64,000 nucleotides of DNA from positions 4,183 through 68,182 of IMG/VR virus record IMGVR_UViG_3300043422_000086; one strand, written 5' to 3'. Below are positions 36,833 through 46,375 of this stretch, one piece after another (within the stretch, counting starts at the first letter, position 1; each line of letters starts with the position of its first letter). This DNA comes from a virus (Duplodnaviria > Caudoviricetes). The position numbers and the translations under genes are program-made. Below the pieces are notes generated by a model, which saw only the letters and a list, made by a program, of their open reading frames with translations, was not told the DNA's origin and ran no database searches.

Positions 36833-37930
36833 TTATTTGTTTTTAGTAATTTCTTTAAAATATGGTTTTCCTTGTTTGTCGTAATATTTTACTTTACTCT
36901 CATCGTAAGGTTCAATTTCTGAAAGCTTTACCCAGCCAGCGCCAATGGCGTTGTTTGTTCCACCGCTCCAATCTCCGTAAATTTCAACTTCATCTTTTCT
37001 AATACCATTTACTATGAATGGTGCTGCATCTACAGGGTAATACACCCAATCGCCGATTTTAGGACTATATGGAACTTTACTTTGCTCAACATCTGCATTT
37101 CCTTTATGATTACTTAGCAATCCTGCTAAAAAGAATGGATCTTGTGTAAAAATAGGAGTATCAATAACTTCCCATACGTTTCTAGTAAAAGTGTGTTCAG
37201 AAGGAATATAAGATGTATTTGAATCATAATGATTTGATCTTTTTGTCAATATCTTTTCTACTTTACCAATCACAGCTCCTCGTTTCATACGGAAATCATA
37301 ATCATTCCAATTGATTCCTTTTTGAAAAATCATCTCTTGCATTTGATCTGTCTTAACTCCATGTAATTCTTTAGTACTATAAAGACTTTGAGCAACTGAA
37401 GAGATACTGTTTCTTACAGCATCTTGTTGTCTCCAAATAAAATAGTTTTTAACTTCATCAATAAATGGAATTTGAAAAGCTCTAGCGTCAAACATTGCAA
37501 GTTTGAAGTTTTGAATATCGTCAACGTCTAACATGCCTTCGATATCATTTCCTTCCCAAGTTGCTCTTGCCATTCTTAATTGATTAAATCTTGCAGTTGC
37601 CATAGAAGCTGCAACACTTACCATTTTCTGTAGATTGTTGTCAAACCAAGCATGAGTTCCTAAGTCATCGAAGTCTGTTAGGACTAAACTAATCTCGTCT
37701 GATTGTACGTAACCAAATTTAGCGCCTTGGATATTTTTACATAGATATGCAGTAGTTGCATTCATGTCTTCAATAAGTCCTTGGTCAAATGGTCGTTGTA
37801 AGCCTTTCGTGTAGGTGTGAAATGCCTTTCCGTCAATGCGGATAATTGTGAATGTTCTTCGTGGAAGTTTGATTCTGGTTCTATCTTCGTAGAACTCTTT
37901 CATGCGATCGCCTAATGCATCGTTTTTCAT
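36833..37930 (-). CDS. tRNA(His) guanylyltransferase Thg1-like protein with extra C-terminal domain
   Basis: RIDGKAFHTYT, YVQSDEIS, FDARAF, YFIWRQQDAVRNS. Confidence 0.9.
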   Translation of the reverse strand: MKNDALGDRMKEFYEDRTRIKLPRRTFTIIRIDGKAFHTYTKGLQRPFDQGLIEDMNATTAYLCKNIQGAKFGYVQSDEISLVLTDFDDLGTHAWFDNNLQKMVSVAASMATARFNQLRMARATWEGNDIEGMLDVDDIQNFKLAMFDARAFQIPFIDEVKNYFIWRQQDAVRNSISSVAQSLYSTKELHGVKTDQMQEMIFQKGINWNDYDFRMKRGAVIGKVEKILTKRSNHYDSNTSYIPSEHTFTRNVWEVIDTPIFTQDPFFLAGLLSNHKGNADVEQSKVPYSPKIGDWVYYPVDAAPFIVNGIRKDEVEIYGDWSGGTNNAIGAGWVKLSEIEPYDESKVKYYDKQGKPYFKEITKNK

Positions 37931-38002
37931 AATATATGTTATTGTGCAACCTTCGTTAGTTGGATGCTAGTTAGTGCTATTCTTTAAAGGGAATAACTGA
38001 CC

Positions 38003-38221
38003 TTATTTTAAAAACCAGTCAAATGCTGATTTAATAATCGTGAGATTTACTTCTTGAAAGATAAACCATTTAATCCAAGCTAATGGCCAAAAGATAAAAT
38101 CCATAAAGGCCCAAAAACCGCTTGAATGAATTTGATAACCAATCATCGCAGTTGGCAATGAAAAGATAATATTTGGAATTGAAATTGGTCTAAAAGAGTA
38201 AGTTACTTTTTTGTTTGACAT
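38003..38221 (-). CDS. Small membrane protein
   Basis: Hydrophobic; middle-type promoter upstream. Confidence 0.55.
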   Translation of the reverse strand: MSNKKVTYSFRPISIPNIIFSLPTAMIGYQIHSSGFWAFMDFIFWPLAWIKWFIFQEVNLTIIKSAFDWFLK

Positions 38222-38238
38222 CTTAAAATTGTTTTATA

Positions 38239-38265
38239 TTATATAAATTAAAATAATAAAGTTTC
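38239..38265 (-). promoter_or_regulatory. Class M promoter
   Basis: GAAAC-N17-TATAA. Confidence 0.6.
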
Positions 38266-38272
38266 TTAAATA

Positions 38273-38578
38273 TTAAAATAAGTCTTTGATTAATTCAAAC
38301 AATGTTGGTTTGTTTTTTATGAATCCTATAGGAGCATATTCATGTAAAAAAGATCTCTTCTTAACATCAGACAATGAATCAAAGTTTTGCCAATTTGAAA
38401 TCATATCAGCCATTTCGCAAATACCTACGGTTTTGGCAGCTTCTACAAGTTGCTCGTAAACCTCTACGTCGGTTGATGTTGTATATTCACCTAATGTTGT
38501 GATTTTTGGTGGATTAGCTTGTCTTTGACCTTGTTTGTTTAGCATATTAGCTGCTACGATTGCTGAGTATGGAAACAT
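38273..38578 (-). CDS. Early hypothetical protein
   Basis: First gene after early promoter. Confidence 0.55.
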   Translation of the reverse strand: MFPYSAIVAANMLNKQGQRQANPPKITTLGEYTTSTDVEVYEQLVEAAKTVGICEMADMISNWQNFDSLSDVKKRSFLHEYAPIGFIKNKPTLFELIKDLF

Positions 38579-38663
38579 AATTTCTTTGTTTTAATTAGAT
38601 ATGTAAATATAAACAAAAAACTCCAGACTAAAAAATCTAGAGTGTTAAATTTATGTTAAATTT
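38576..38663. repeat. 88-bp direct repeat copy 1 (promoter cassette)
   Basis: Near-identical to 40069-40156. Confidence 0.85.
38589..38645 (-). promoter_or_regulatory. Early-type promoter (class E)
   Basis: Same motif. Confidence 0.7.
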
Positions 38664-38874
38664 AATAAAAGCATCCTCTTGCTCTTGCACGTCTTACAGC
38701 TTCCCTGTCCCTCTGTATTTCTTCTCTCCAACCGCATCTTGTTTCTGCATAGGCAATTCTTTTGTCCCATTCAAGAATATAACCTTCACGCTTAGCAAGA
38801 CTTTCAACATACTTAATATAATCTTCAGTATGTTCTCGCTCATTCATCATTCTTACAAAATCACTTGATACCAT
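38662..38874 (-). CDS. Hypothetical protein
   Basis: ORF track. Confidence 0.5.
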   Translation of the reverse strand: MVSSDFVRMMNEREHTEDYIKYVESLAKREGYILEWDKRIAYAETRCGWREEIQRDREAVRRARARGCFY

Positions 38875-38877
38875 ACT

Positions 38878-39153
38878 TTATTTTGTTTTATGCCACAGAA
38901 CTTCTGTAACTGGTTTCTTTCTAGCGCTTCTAAAAGTACCATAATCTCTTTGAATCATAATCTGTAACTTTGTGAATAATTCATCAAATGATTCTTGTTT
39001 TTCTTTAAAGGAATAGTCTGTATAGTAACAATCTTCATTATCGATTAAAGCTGTTACAGGTCCTTTAAAGAACTCTTGATAAATATACAATCCTTCTGGA
39101 TAATGTACAATTGAAAATCTTTTTCTGATCTTTTTTAATAATTTTGCTTTCAT
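38878..39153 (-). CDS. Hypothetical protein (MKAKLLKKIRKR)
   Basis: ORF track. Confidence 0.55.
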   Translation of the reverse strand: MKAKLLKKIRKRFSIVHYPEGLYIYQEFFKGPVTALIDNEDCYYTDYSFKEKQESFDELFTKLQIMIQRDYGTFRSARKKPVTEVLWHKTK

Positions 39154-39156
39154 GTT

Positions 39157-40071
39157 TTATTTGTTTTTAAATTGTTCTTTAACTAAAAATTCGTAATGTA
39201 AAGGGAGATGCATACTAAGACTATGAAACATATCCATAATTTCTTCCTCACTATATCTTTCCTCTTGTTTTTCAAAACCATACTTCTCAAGCAATCTTAT
39301 AGCTTGTGATTCATTATTACATTCAAGACATATTTTAATATACTGTAATAATCCATATTCGAGTGTTTCTTCATTTACAAGAATTTGACCCACTTCTAAA
39401 ATATCGGTTTGTTCTTCTTCGCTGTACATTTTCTTGTCTTGTTTTTGTTGCCATTTAGCACCTGCAATAAATGCAGTTTTTGTTGAGAACAACCCACAAC
39501 TATAAGCTCTATCTGATGCTTCTTCAAGTGTTTCTTGCTTAGGTTCTTCTTTTGGACAAATACATTTTTTTGATAATGATTTACTACAAGATTCTATTTG
39601 TTTACATTGTGGATTATTTAGTAACCAATCTTCTTTTGGAATGATGATTTTATATTCATAATAACCTTCCTCATGGTACTGCATTGATATATCTTCAATC
39701 TCAACATCCCCACAACTTGGATTCTTAACAAACCATTCAAGGAACTCATCATCAATAGCTTGTACACCATCTTTGATTAAGTCTTGGTCTGTTGTTAGGA
39801 TGATTTTTTTGCAGTTGTTACTTGTCTTTTTAGCATATCTTTCAAGTTCTAATTGATTGTCTATTCTACATAGTTCTTTGTGAGCATAAGGAGAATTAAG
39901 ATTAATAACCCAATCTCCCTCTTTAATTTCTTCATCAGAAGTAGTATAGATGTTTTGAGGAGTGTACATTGTTAAATCAATACCTTTGGTTACCAAAGAA
40001 TACTTTTTTGTAATTTTATTTTGTTTTAACCTACTCGGTTTCTCTGTTGGTAATGTGTGTATGTTTTTCAT
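39157..40071 (-). CDS. Mosaic hypothetical protein of Bacteroidota-phage type
   Basis: SDEEIKEGDW, CKKIILTTDQDLIKDGVQAIDDEFLEWFVKNPSC, QETLEEA, repeated YSEEE. Confidence 0.65.
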   Translation of the reverse strand: MKNIHTLPTEKPSRLKQNKITKKYSLVTKGIDLTMYTPQNIYTTSDEEIKEGDWVINLNSPYAHKELCRIDNQLELERYAKKTSNNCKKIILTTDQDLIKDGVQAIDDEFLEWFVKNPSCGDVEIEDISMQYHEEGYYEYKIIIPKEDWLLNNPQCKQIESCSKSLSKKCICPKEEPKQETLEEASDRAYSCGLFSTKTAFIAGAKWQQKQDKKMYSEEEQTDILEVGQILVNEETLEYGLLQYIKICLECNNESQAIRLLEKYGFEKQEERYSEEEIMDMFHSLSMHLPLHYEFLVKEQFKNK

Positions 40072-40156
40072 AATTTCTTTGTTTTAATTAGATATGTAAA
40101 TATAAACAAAAAACTACAGACTAAAAAATCTGGAGTGTTAAAATTATGTTAAATTT
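40069..40156. repeat. 88-bp direct repeat copy 2 (promoter cassette)
   Basis: Near-identical to 38576-38663. Confidence 0.85.
40082..40138 (-). promoter_or_regulatory. Early-type promoter (class E)
   Basis: Same motif. Confidence 0.7.
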
Positions 40157-40382
40157 TACTTAGTTCTAACTGAAACAAATCCTTGTCTCTTTTCCAAATC
40201 TTTTCGAGTCTTTTCATCTCTTTAATAAAAGTTGGATGATTCTCTGGATTCATTTTACCATATTTAGATTCTAATGCATCAAAGGCGGTAGTTCTCATCG
40301 TGGTCCATTCCTTCATGCAACCTGAACATATTCTTCTGTTATCGAAGATATTCTTTTCTTTACATCTAATACATGTTCTCAT
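40149..40382 (-). CDS. Small Zn-finger protein
   Basis: CIRC...CSGC. Confidence 0.55.
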   Translation of the reverse strand: MRTCIRCKEKNIFDNRRICSGCMKEWTTMRTTAFDALESKYGKMNPENHPTFIKEMKRLEKIWKRDKDLFQLELSKI

Positions 40383-40564
40383 TCTTCTTCTGGCATTAAT
40401 TCACTTAAACTAGTCAATGAACCGCAGTTTTTACAAGAGATATAAACCTCATTGTAAGTTTCTCCTGTGTCATCATCAACATCTTCTGAAATATGATATT
40501 CAAACATTTTATTTGAACCACATATACCACAAATTACATGGATTCTAGGATTCGCTATTGCCAT
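40379..40564 (-). CDS. Small Zn-ribbon protein
   Basis: CGIC...CKNC. Confidence 0.55.
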   Translation of the reverse strand: MAIANPRIHVICGICGSNKMFEYHISEDVDDDTGETYNEVYISCKNCGSLTSLSELMPEEE

Positions 40565-40742
40565 CTGGTAAACCTTCTATAATTGTAAACATACTTGGAA
40601 ATGCAAATGCTAATCTTCTAGTTTCTCCGTATGCGCCTGTCCAAAAACAATATGAATTTCGATCAATTGTCATTTCTCGACATTCGATGATTTGTTCATG
40701 AACATCACCATCAATTCTACATCTTACTTTGTATCTTTTCAT
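40545..40742 (-). CDS. Hypothetical protein
   Basis: ORF track. Confidence 0.5.
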   Translation of the reverse strand: MKRYKVRCRIDGDVHEQIIECREMTIDRNSYCFWTGAYGETRRLAFAFPSMFTIIEGLPDGNSES

Positions 40743-40746
40743 ACTT

Positions 40747-41322
40747 CTATTTTAAAATGGTTTCTAATGTTGCTTTATACGCTGAGCTTTTAAATACATT
40801 AGATGCTGATTCCTTTGCGCCTCCTTCAAATAATTCTCTTGCTTTTTCTACGCCATGATATTTCATGATTAATTTTGCAGCAGACGGAACTGTTATTGGA
40901 GCATCTTCACCTTTAGTTGCAATTAATTCATCAATGATCTGTTTTATTTGCTCTTCATAACTTGGTTGCAAATCATCTAAAGCCTCTTCTAACATTTCAG
41001 AGAAACATGTGCCTCCATTATAGAATTGTCCGATGAATGAAAGAGAACCGTTCTCATTTCTGCTAAGCTTCATGAAGTACTCTTCAGAATCTGATTCTTC
41101 ATGATCGATTACTCGATAGAGTTTTTCTCCATGGATAAAATACTCTTCGGGTACTCTTTCACGTTTATATTCATATTCGTTAAAGTTTTCTCTAAAGTCT
41201 TCTTGCCAATCCTCGCCTAATTCAATATTATGACGTGTTGCAATTGCTCTGCAAGTTTCCTCTAAATTCTTTTCAATTTTTACTGGATATAATCTACCTG
41301 TATGAAATTCTGTTTGACTCAT
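40747..41322 (-). CDS. Hypothetical protein (FYNGGTCFSEM motif)
   Basis: ORF track. Confidence 0.6.
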   Translation of the reverse strand: MSQTEFHTGRLYPVKIEKNLEETCRAIATRHNIELGEDWQEDFRENFNEYEYKRERVPEEYFIHGEKLYRVIDHEESDSEEYFMKLSRNENGSLSFIGQFYNGGTCFSEMLEEALDDLQPSYEEQIKQIIDELIATKGEDAPITVPSAAKLIMKYHGVEKARELFEGGAKESASNVFKSSAYKATLETILK

Positions 41323-41843
41323 TATGTGTGCATTTTTTTATTAACTAAATTACATAAAAATTCTGTGACTAATTCTGCTTCTGGATTTCTCCAAGCATGA
41401 TTCAAATAAACATCGGCATCTTTGTGATAATGATAGTCATTTGTATCTAAATGTGCTTGAGCAGCTTTCGCTGTTAAAAAAGAATTAGTATAAATTGGTT
41501 CCATCGAATATGAACATTCTTTTAAATCCTCACAGTTCTCTTCAATCCAATCTTGTATATCATAACCATCTTCCCATAGTTCTTCTATATTTTCAGGTGG
41601 AAGTATGTCACAATTTTCTAAATAATCTTTTAGATCCGCTAAAGTTTCTACAACACAAAAATCTGCGCTTGGGTCTATCCAACATTTAATGTTTCCATTT
41701 AAATTCCAATCATAAACTCGTTTCCAATCTCTAATTTGAAAAAGATGTGGCATCCTTGTGCCTCTAGGATCTTGAGTCGTCATTTCAGTTGCAAGTTCTA
41801 TTAACTTAGCATACATTTCATCACTGATTTCTATCGATTTCAT
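41322..41843 (-). CDS. Conserved phage protein (TQD.R.T..P...FLT.KAA..H)
   Basis: ORF track, recurring phage motif. Confidence 0.6.
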   Translation of the reverse strand: MKSIEISDEMYAKLIELATEMTTQDPRGTRMPHLFQIRDWKRVYDWNLNGNIKCWIDPSADFCVVETLADLKDYLENCDILPPENIEELWEDGYDIQDWIEENCEDLKECSYSMEPIYTNSFLTAKAAQAHLDTNDYHYHKDADVYLNHAWRNPEAELVTEFLCNLVNKKMHT

Positions 41844-41995
41844 TCTTCGTCTTGATTAAATTTTGTTATACGTAATAAAATAAAGAATGGAATTACAATT
41901 GCATAAAACTGCCATGTCATAAATGATATTTTACCAAAGGCTGAAAGTGAAAATCCTAACCATAAAGGTCCTATGTGTCTGTATACATTATTCAT
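41840..41995 (-). CDS. 51-aa membrane peptide
   Basis: Manual translation MNNVYRHIGPLWLGF... Confidence 0.45.
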   Translation of the reverse strand: MNNVYRHIGPLWLGFSLSAFGKISFMTWQFYAIVIPFFILLRITKFNQDEE

Positions 41996-41999
41996 TTTC

Positions 42000-42518
42000 T
42001 TAAGGTTTATAAATTACTACTGACACTTTCATGTCCTTTAACTCTGTTTGAATAATCTTTTTGATTCTGTTCCAATCTCCACCTGCTAATCCAGCGCCAA
42101 TCTTCGGTAAGCCAATATGTTTACCTTTAAATTGATGATTGATCTTGCGCATACATAGGGTCAATGCTTCGTAGTCTAATGGCTTTGAAACTCCATCCGT
42201 GTGATTCTTACCATAACGATATTGTGTATATGAATTTACAACACTTAACGTTGGTTCGTTTTGATTGTTTTTAAAACCAGCCAAAGACCAAACTAAATTT
42301 TCACTGAGTACGAATGTTTCATAATCAATATTACCAAGTTTCAAAATACTTGGACCTTCTGCTTCCATTTGAAATTTATCAACATCAAAAGCTTTTGCCA
42401 TTTGAGGCGCAATGCCAGCACCCATGTTTGATAAACAATTACAACCATGTGTAATCACATCAAATGTACCCTGTTTTGCTAATGCAATTAAATCACCTTC
42501 TATTTCTTGATAGTTCAT
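42000..42518 (-). CDS. Macrodomain (ADP-ribose processing) protein
   Basis: IEGDL, HGCNC..MGAGIA, PKIGAGLAGGDW. Confidence 0.9.
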   Translation of the reverse strand: MNYQEIEGDLIALAKQGTFDVITHGCNCLSNMGAGIAPQMAKAFDVDKFQMEAEGPSILKLGNIDYETFVLSENLVWSLAGFKNNQNEPTLSVVNSYTQYRYGKNHTDGVSKPLDYEALTLCMRKINHQFKGKHIGLPKIGAGLAGGDWNRIKKIIQTELKDMKVSVVIYKP

Positions 42519-42519
42519 C

Positions 42520-43020
42520 TTATGCTAGTCTAAAGTTCTTTAAAAAATCTCTTAAGAAAACGATTTGATCTGCTTCCTTTTCAGTTTCTGCAAATTTTCT
42601 TTTCCATTCAGTATAGTATTGAAACTCATCATGAATATCTGGATAATTACGTGAATCAAAATCTGGCCAAGTAACTTTATCAAAAACTCTATCATCAACT
42701 AAGAAAACTATAGCAGTTAGTTGGTCACCTAAATCTGGCTCAAAAAAAGTTGCAAATTGTGTATTATTTAATACAAGTGTCAATAAATGATTGTTTAATG
42801 AACCTAGTGGTAATCCATCTTCAATATTAAATCTCGTGTTAGTTGTACCTCCATTCAAAATGATAAATGTTTTATCTTCTCTTGCCCATTTTTGATATGC
42901 TGAAGTAGTACCAAATTCTAAACCGTATTCAACTACTGCATGACCAAATTGGATGCCTTGTTGGATTGGGCTTATGTTATAAGGGACTAGTCCCATCATT
43001 CTATAAGTTCTATTGCTCAT
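42520..43020 (-). CDS. Peptidyl-tRNA hydrolase 2-like protein
   Basis: QGIQFGHA, IILNGG, FFEPDLGDQLTAI. Confidence 0.65.
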   Translation of the reverse strand: MSNRTYRMMGLVPYNISPIQQGIQFGHAVVEYGLEFGTTSAYQKWAREDKTFIILNGGTTNTRFNIEDGLPLGSLNNHLLTLVLNNTQFATFFEPDLGDQLTAIVFLVDDRVFDKVTWPDFDSRNYPDIHDEFQYYTEWKRKFAETEKEADQIVFLRDFLKNFRLA

Positions 43021-43156
43021 CAGATTCTACAGATTCGTTTTCTTCTTCGACACGCACTTCAACTGATTGTAACTCGTATCTTGAGCCTAAGATTGGATCT
43101 TGTACCAAGACCACTCTGTCTACTGTTTCTGTTTTTGGTTTTTGTTCTTTTGCCAT
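43010..43156 (-). CDS. 48-aa acidic peptide
   Basis: Manual translation MAKEQKPKTETVDRVVLVQDP... Confidence 0.45.
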   Translation of the reverse strand: MAKEQKPKTETVDRVVLVQDPILGSRYELQSVEVRVEEENESVESDEQ

Positions 43157-43157
43157 T

Positions 43158-43370
43158 TTATATTAGTTTTAAAAATTTTAATTCTTCAACAGCTGCATCA
43201 AATGCATCTTGCCATGTTCGGTATAAATACCATTCTCTAACTTCAATTAGTTCATAGTTTCCAAAATGCTCATATTTGTATATGTCAAACGCGTATTTTG
43301 GATAACTTGTTTGATCTAAGCTAATTTCTACAACATATCCTAATGTTGCTAATGAATCTATAGTGTACAT
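43158..43370 (-). CDS. Hypothetical protein
   Basis: ORF track. Confidence 0.5.
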   Translation of the reverse strand: MYTIDSLATLGYVVEISLDQTSYPKYAFDIYKYEHFGNYELIEVREWYLYRTWQDAFDAAVEELKFLKLI

Positions 43371-44251
43371 TAGAATATGTTAAATGCAGTTGTGTTTGTT
43401 TTTTCTTCATACTCGTTATCTGCAACATCTCTATAACTATTTGTTGTATAAACTCTTTCAAAGTTACGTGATAATTCTGCAAAACCAGCGCTGAATATTC
43501 CGTGAGTTACTACTAAATAAATTTTAGCATCTGCTCTTTGTGCTCTAATTGCCTTTGCAAGTTCATTAAATGTTCTACCACCATCACAAATATCATCAAT
43601 TATCACATATTTTAAATCATCTCCAACCAATCCTGGTAAGTCTGAAATCTCAGTTTTAAGAATTTTACCAGTTCTCATGTCTCGAACTTTGTTTGCTGTG
43701 ACAACATTTTGGATTTCAAACTTCTTAGCAACATCAAAGATCTTTTTATATGCACCGGCGTCTGGGCTTACTAAACAGATTCTTTCTTGAGCATCTTTTT
43801 TATTATCAATGCTTGTTAGAGCATCTTTGACTAAACGATGATTGTCGTGCTTGTGATAATTATTTAAACAGGCTTCTAAAACATCTGAATGCGGATCCAA
43901 AACAGTAACTCTTGAGAAGTTTTGTGCATTAATAATTGGGCAAATAACTGTTTTAAGATAGTTACTAGTACCTGCTTCAAATTTACGATCAGAACGAGCT
44001 CCTAAGAAATAAGGAACATTTAGCTTAACATTTTCAACGTAAGAGAATTCTCTTAGAGCTTGATTAGCTGAGATAATAACTTCTAAATCCCTGAATGAAT
44101 TTAATCGACTTGTAATACTTACCGTGATTTTGTTAGGTAAATCTGCATCAACCATATCTAATGTGATTGATTGCTGTCCATCTGGAAATCGAGAGATTTT
44201 GTATTTAATATCTGAATTTTCAGGGTTTACTAAGTTTAATCTTTGTATCAT
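43370..44251 (-). CDS. Ribose-phosphate pyrophosphokinase-like (PRS / NARP1 Adps-like)
   Basis: FPDGQ, PYFLGARSDR, LDPHS, VSPDAGA, IIDDICDGGRTF, VTHGIFS. Confidence 0.9.
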   Translation of the reverse strand: MIQRLNLVNPENSDIKYKISRFPDGQQSITLDMVDADLPNKITVSITSRLNSFRDLEVIISANQALREFSYVENVKLNVPYFLGARSDRKFEAGTSNYLKTVICPIINAQNFSRVTVLDPHSDVLEACLNNYHKHDNHRLVKDALTSIDNKKDAQERICLVSPDAGAYKKIFDVAKKFEIQNVVTANKVRDMRTGKILKTEISDLPGLVGDDLKYVIIDDICDGGRTFNELAKAIRAQRADAKIYLVVTHGIFSAGFAELSRNFERVYTTNSYRDVADNEYEEKTNTTAFNIF

Positions 44252-44260
44252 GATTTGTTC

Positions 44261-44316
44261 TTTTTAATTATATGTAAATATATACAAAAGTTTTAATATG
44301 GTAAAACTTTTAACGC
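44261..44316 (-). promoter_or_regulatory. Early-type promoter (class E)
   Basis: Same motif, upstream of PRS-like gene. Confidence 0.65.
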
Positions 44317-44320
44317 TTTA

Positions 44321-44719
44321 TTATTCAAACTTATTAACAATTATTCTAGCAGCTACTCTAGTTCCCATTGCAGTTTCTTCAATTGACCATTCAAATAGAT
44401 CACTTTTCATAATCTCATCACAGATTTCTCGTTTAAGTCCTTGTTTAACCATATCTAATGCAAAGTTTGAATTTAAACCTGCGTTGCCACTGGTACCAAA
44501 GTTTCTAGGAACGCCATCTATAGCATAAAGTCTTTCGATTTCGCCCATCATTTTTTCAGATCTAATGATAACTGGTTTGCCTTGTTTTGTAACGTACACT
44601 GCATTATTGCCAGTAAAATTAGTGCCTCTTGTTTTAAAGAGATCAATTACAGATTGAATTGGTCCAAATAAAAATGGTATCAAATCAATTTTTTGGTTTA
44701 ATAGGTCTTTGATTTTCAT
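44321..44719 (-). CDS. Hypothetical protein
   Basis: ORF track. Confidence 0.5.
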   Translation of the reverse strand: MKIKDLLNQKIDLIPFLFGPIQSVIDLFKTRGTNFTGNNAVYVTKQGKPVIIRSEKMMGEIERLYAIDGVPRNFGTSGNAGLNSNFALDMVKQGLKREICDEIMKSDLFEWSIEETAMGTRVAARIIVNKFE

Positions 44720-44721
44720 AA

Positions 44722-45138
44722 TTAGCTTCTATATCTTAATTCATTTTGACGATAAACACTTAACACTGATCCTTGACCATGTGTGATTGCAAACTGATAC
44801 CCGTAGTAATCATAAATATAAGATGGAAAGTTCTCCGTTAAACCATCGATTGGATCAATTTCTAAACCTTCAAGACTTGCTAATTCCCACATTAAATTCA
44901 TGATATGTAAAGATCTGTCAGTATATGTTGAATAATGACGCTCATCATACTTTTCTTGCTTCTTCAAGATTGTCAACATCAAATCATCAAATGTTGCGTC
45001 ATCACAAACACCCCATTTTTGTTTGATTTTTTGAGCTCTTTCTCTTTGAATCCTATCTTTTTCTGCAAGTTTTTCAAGGTAATCTTCCATTGCTTTTTGT
45101 CCTTCAGGACTTTTCATGTATGCTAGTGCGTCTTTCAT
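44722..45138 (-). CDS. Hypothetical protein (HGQGS motif)
   Basis: ORF track. Confidence 0.55.
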   Translation of the reverse strand: MKDALAYMKSPEGQKAMEDYLEKLAEKDRIQRERAQKIKQKWGVCDDATFDDLMLTILKKQEKYDERHYSTYTDRSLHIMNLMWELASLEGLEIDPIDGLTENFPSYIYDYYGYQFAITHGQGSVLSVYRQNELRYRS

Positions 45139-45142
45139 AATT

Positions 45143-45547
45143 TTATTTGTTAATGATTACGTGAAACTTTTTGTCTGAACTTGCAATTAACTCATCTACA
45201 TAAGCTTGTGCCTCTTCGTTTGAATCAAAATTTGCTCCAAATGATTGTTTATATCCTAAGCGGATTTCAACATGTGCTTTATTATGAATACGAAAAGGAG
45301 TTACTTTAAGCCATTTGTAATCTTCAAAATATGATGACTGTCTTCTATTATGTGGATATCGATCTGTACCATCTCCTTTAATATAGTCATTCCAACCTGC
45401 TGGAAATTCAGGATGCATGCCATATTTAATTCCTAAGAATGTTTTAGGACGTGCTGTAATTGCATCCATCCATCGCCATGATGTATCGGTTTCGTAATTT
45501 AAAGTAATTGATTCTACTTTGTCTAATTCAAAATAATGTTTTTTCAT
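45143..45547 (-). CDS. Hypothetical protein
   Basis: ORF track. Confidence 0.55.
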   Translation of the reverse strand: MKKHYFELDKVESITLNYETDTSWRWMDAITARPKTFLGIKYGMHPEFPAGWNDYIKGDGTDRYPHNRRQSSYFEDYKWLKVTPFRIHNKAHVEIRLGYKQSFGANFDSNEEAQAYVDELIASSDKKFHVIINK

Positions 45548-45548
45548 T

Positions 45549-46118
45549 TTATTTTTCTTTTCTAGGTTCTATAAATAATTCTTGTAAGTCACAGAACATT
45601 GGATATAATTGATCTGTAACATCACCAAACCATCCAAGTTCTTGAATAAAGTTTGAGTTTTCTTTCTTGTACATTTCAAACATTCTGCTTCCAGTCATTT
45701 TTGAATATTGTACGTTTGCAATACGGTCGCATAGTTTTACGAAAGTTGCTCCTGGAGTCTCTCTAATTCCTTTGTAATAAGTTGCGTTTGCTCGTTCTTT
45801 ACGGTTTTTACCTTTTTCATTTGAAACTGCATAAACGATTTCAGCCGCGTAGAGTCCTAAAACCTCTCTAACATCATTGTATGAAGTTCTAGTGTCTTCG
45901 ATTAAATCATGACCCCATGCACCTAAGATAACTCCATCTCTAAAAGATTCTTCACCATCATTAGCATCTGGAAGTAAGTATAAATATTTAGCAGCTGTTG
46001 CAACTACCATTCTTAAATGAAATTCGTATGGAAGGTAAGTATCATACATGTGATTTGTATCAGCATGTCGCTTCATAATCCATTTTAATTTATTAGCATT
46101 TGAGATTGTTTTTTCCAT
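45549..46118 (-). CDS. HD-domain hydrolase (SpoT/Mesh1-like (p)ppGpp hydrolase family)
   Basis: PYEFHL, GHDLIEDT, VKLCDRIAN. Confidence 0.85.
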   Translation of the reverse strand: MEKTISNANKLKWIMKRHADTNHMYDTYLPYEFHLRMVVATAAKYLYLLPDANDGEESFRDGVILGAWGHDLIEDTRTSYNDVREVLGLYAAEIVYAVSNEKGKNRKERANATYYKGIRETPGATFVKLCDRIANVQYSKMTGSRMFEMYKKENSNFIQELGWFGDVTDQLYPMFCDLQELFIEPRKEK

Positions 46119-46119
46119 C

Positions 46120-46374
46120 TTAGTAAGTATTAGTGATTTGTTGTGTTAAAATTCTTGAATCCTCTTCTTGAGAAGGAATCCCTAATGAAACTGATCTACC
46201 ATAAGCATTTACTTTAATGATGGTTTCTCCATATTCATCAACTTCTGCTGAAAAATGTACAAAACCAGCACCTGTTGCTTTTTGATTAAAGCCAACCATA
46301 TCTTTATGTTGGATTGCTGCTGAGAAGATGATTCCACAACCATCGATGATTACGTATTTTGCTGGATTTAACAT
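46120..46374 (-). CDS. Hypothetical protein
   Basis: ORF track. Confidence 0.55.
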   Translation of the reverse strand: MLNPAKYVIIDGCGIIFSAAIQHKDMVGFNQKATGAGFVHFSAEVDEYGETIIKVNAYGRSVSLGIPSQEEDSRILTQQITNTY

Positions 46375-46375
46375 A

